DNA of 63,483 nucleotides, counting the filler, from Hausera hauseri (lineage: Eukaryota), in the NCBI GenBank assembly GCA_046269625.1. It is 11 parts of 11 records of this genome, joined end to end, with 100 filler letters (N's around TTAATTAATTAA, not from the genome) between each part and the next. Parts side by side here need not be neighbours in the genome. Positions count along the whole stretch, not along the records: positions 58,877 to 63,483 come from JBJURY010507574.1; 10 more parts are not named here. One strand, written 5' to 3'. This document shows positions 61,717 through 63,483 of this stretch, piece by piece. The stretch's first letter is position 1; the number at the start of each line of letters is the position of its first letter. The translations under genes and the position numbers were made by a program. The notes under the pieces are model-generated. The model was given only the letters and a program-made list of their open reading frames with translations, searched no databases and was not told the DNA's origin.

Positions 61717-62800
61717 TTGATACCTTATCACAGTAACAACATCCATTACTCCAGGGAACACAACCAATCAGCCGGAATATTTGCACGTCCAGATCTGGAA
61801 TACTCACTAATATTGGCCATGTTTCGTCTCGTAAATTTTATATGGAGAAGTAATGTAAAAGGAATTGAAAGAAAAGCACCAAAAATCCTATGCACTCCCA
61901 CAGTTACAGACAATCAACGAATTAATGCAAATATATTTTACGAAAATGAAATTTTACTGGTAGCAACACAAATTAGTAGAACACACTATGCCCTGTCCTG
62001 CGCCACGAAACGTTATAGCAAGGAAATGTATACCCTAGAGGTCACAAGCCCACAATCGCCGATATCATGTATGAAACACGACAATCGAAAATTACTCCTA
62101 ACAGTACAGTTACAATCCTCTTGTCCAAATATCTTTTGTCTGAGTAGTTTTCGCTATACTGTACATAACAAAATTCTTCACATAATAGCAGGATTACGAC
62201 AAACCCCGGAACGAATGAAAGTAATTCCATTTAGATCACTGGATATTTATCTTCAAGTAAGATCTGACTGTGTAATGTTCATTTATCTAATCTCGATTTT
62301 ATTGTCACATTAGATAACGCCAATGAGGCTTGCTTTCTAATCACCAGTACCTACGATGAATGTACTCAATTATTATTCAGTTATCCTTACTCATTCAATA
62401 TCCAGCTACCCTACTATGACCCAGAACAGTTGTATTAGTAGAGATCAGTGCACTCAAAAGAGGAGTACATTCACTGTTTCGATTTCCAACACTAGAAGAG
62501 GTAATGAAAAGAGGAAAATTCATTTTTATAAAATCTACCGCCCCACCCGAAAACAATCAGACACTGACTGTCATATTACCGTCAGTTGGACCAATGAAGC
62601 AACCCCACACAGATTACAATATATTCTTGCTAATAGAAATAGCAGCACCCACTGTAATTAAATTCGCAATATCGGCCTTCTCTTTTGGAGCAACATTTGA
62701 TAACGAACCTTTCGAAATCGCTTTGACCAGTTTCGAATATGATTTCAAAATCTATGGCGATGACAAATGGTTATCATCACCAAAGAAGATGAATGCTACC
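61717..62800 (+). pseudogene. Frameshifted coding region of unknown beta-rich domains upstream of the ankyrin ORF
   Basis: Overlapping plus-strand ORFs with a recurring I.LP...N....EI motif. Confidence 0.35.
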
Positions 62801-63390
62801 CTTATGTAGGAAACAATGAGGAACAAATCCTGCCAAAGGCAGAACGTTACATGTTATGCTGCACCGACGAACCAGCTAACCCAATGGATTATACAACAGT
62901 AAAGAACGTCGAAGCAACTGCCCTAAAGTTAGCAGTAGCATCAGGAAATGAAGAAAAAGCCAGGGAAGCCATAATACAACTAGGCGATGAAGCAGCTGAA
63001 GCACTGAAGTTCCAAGATACGAACGGCAACACCATCGTTCACTTAGCCATTATGAGCGTGTCTCACAATTCGTTTATACTCATGCTCATTCAGACACATG
63101 GGCCCTTACATTTAACCAACGTGGATGGATACATTCGTTTACTACTCGCTATACGTCATGGTCGACATAAACTTGCAACCCTAATATTCGATTATACCTA
63201 CGACAACAAAGTGTTTCAGGCTATTTTCAAACCACAAATACGTAGTACCTCACTGCATCATGCTATAGTATTCAAACGATTCCTCCTACTGGAAACCTTC
63301 CTTGATAAAAAATTTGACAACGTAACCTACATATTCGACGAAAACTGCACGCATGGCACAAATGAGGAGACTCCCCTCATAACTGAGTAG
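62767..63390 (+). CDS. Ankyrin-repeat protein, 3' truncated
   Basis: TALKLAVASGN, DTNGNTIVHLAI, NVDGYI.LLLAIRHG, TSLHHAI, EETPLI. Homologous to 37709-38311. Confidence 0.85.
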   Translation: MVIITKEDECYPYVGNNEEQILPKAERYMLCCTDEPANPMDYTTVKNVEATALKLAVASGNEEKAREAIIQLGDEAAEALKFQDTNGNTIVHLAIMSVSHNSFILMLIQTHGPLHLTNVDGYIRLLLAIRHGRHKLATLIFDYTYDNKVFQAIFKPQIRSTSLHHAIVFKRFLLLETFLDKKFDNVTYIFDENCTHGTNEETPLITE

Positions 63391-63483
63391 GGAAATTGGA
63401 GCGCACTGGGTCACCCCCCCCCACGGATCGATAATCAATATTGTATGGGAATTTTATATGGGGAATTTTGAAAATCAATAATT

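Overview
This window is not one locus. It is 11 eukaryotic contigs joined by an artificial 100-bp spacer (44 N, TTAATTAATTAA, 44 N). Contig spans: 1-6985, 7086-11242, 11343-15362, 15463-26213, 26314-30426, 30527-38311, 38412-43174, 43275-48341, 48442-53535, 53636-58776, 58877-63483. Most of it is AT-rich animal-like DNA: LINE/SINE debris, a 12-bp satellite, the three 3' exons of a CBP/p300 acetyltransferase, an intronless nonsense-disrupted dynein heavy chain fragment, and several decayed Gypsy elements. One contig carries two kinetoplastid-type dCache receptor adenylate cyclases joined to an animal AASS exon. The most interesting signal is a set of large, cargo-carrying LTR retroelements. (i) An ankyrin / catalytically dead ISG20-REX4-like exonuclease / multi-RING cassette whose last ORF reads through a polypurine tract into an LTR (35285-38311); a second family member at 60637-63390 shows the upstream membrane-protein part. 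(ii) A polyprotein joining helical repeats, a ubiquitin-like domain and an AT-hook to a chuvirus-type envelope glycoprotein (38414-43000). (iii) A Gypsy integrase running directly into an env-like ORF with furin-type sites and an FN3-like segment (13100-15362). All family assignments come from motif recognition by eye; no searches were run.
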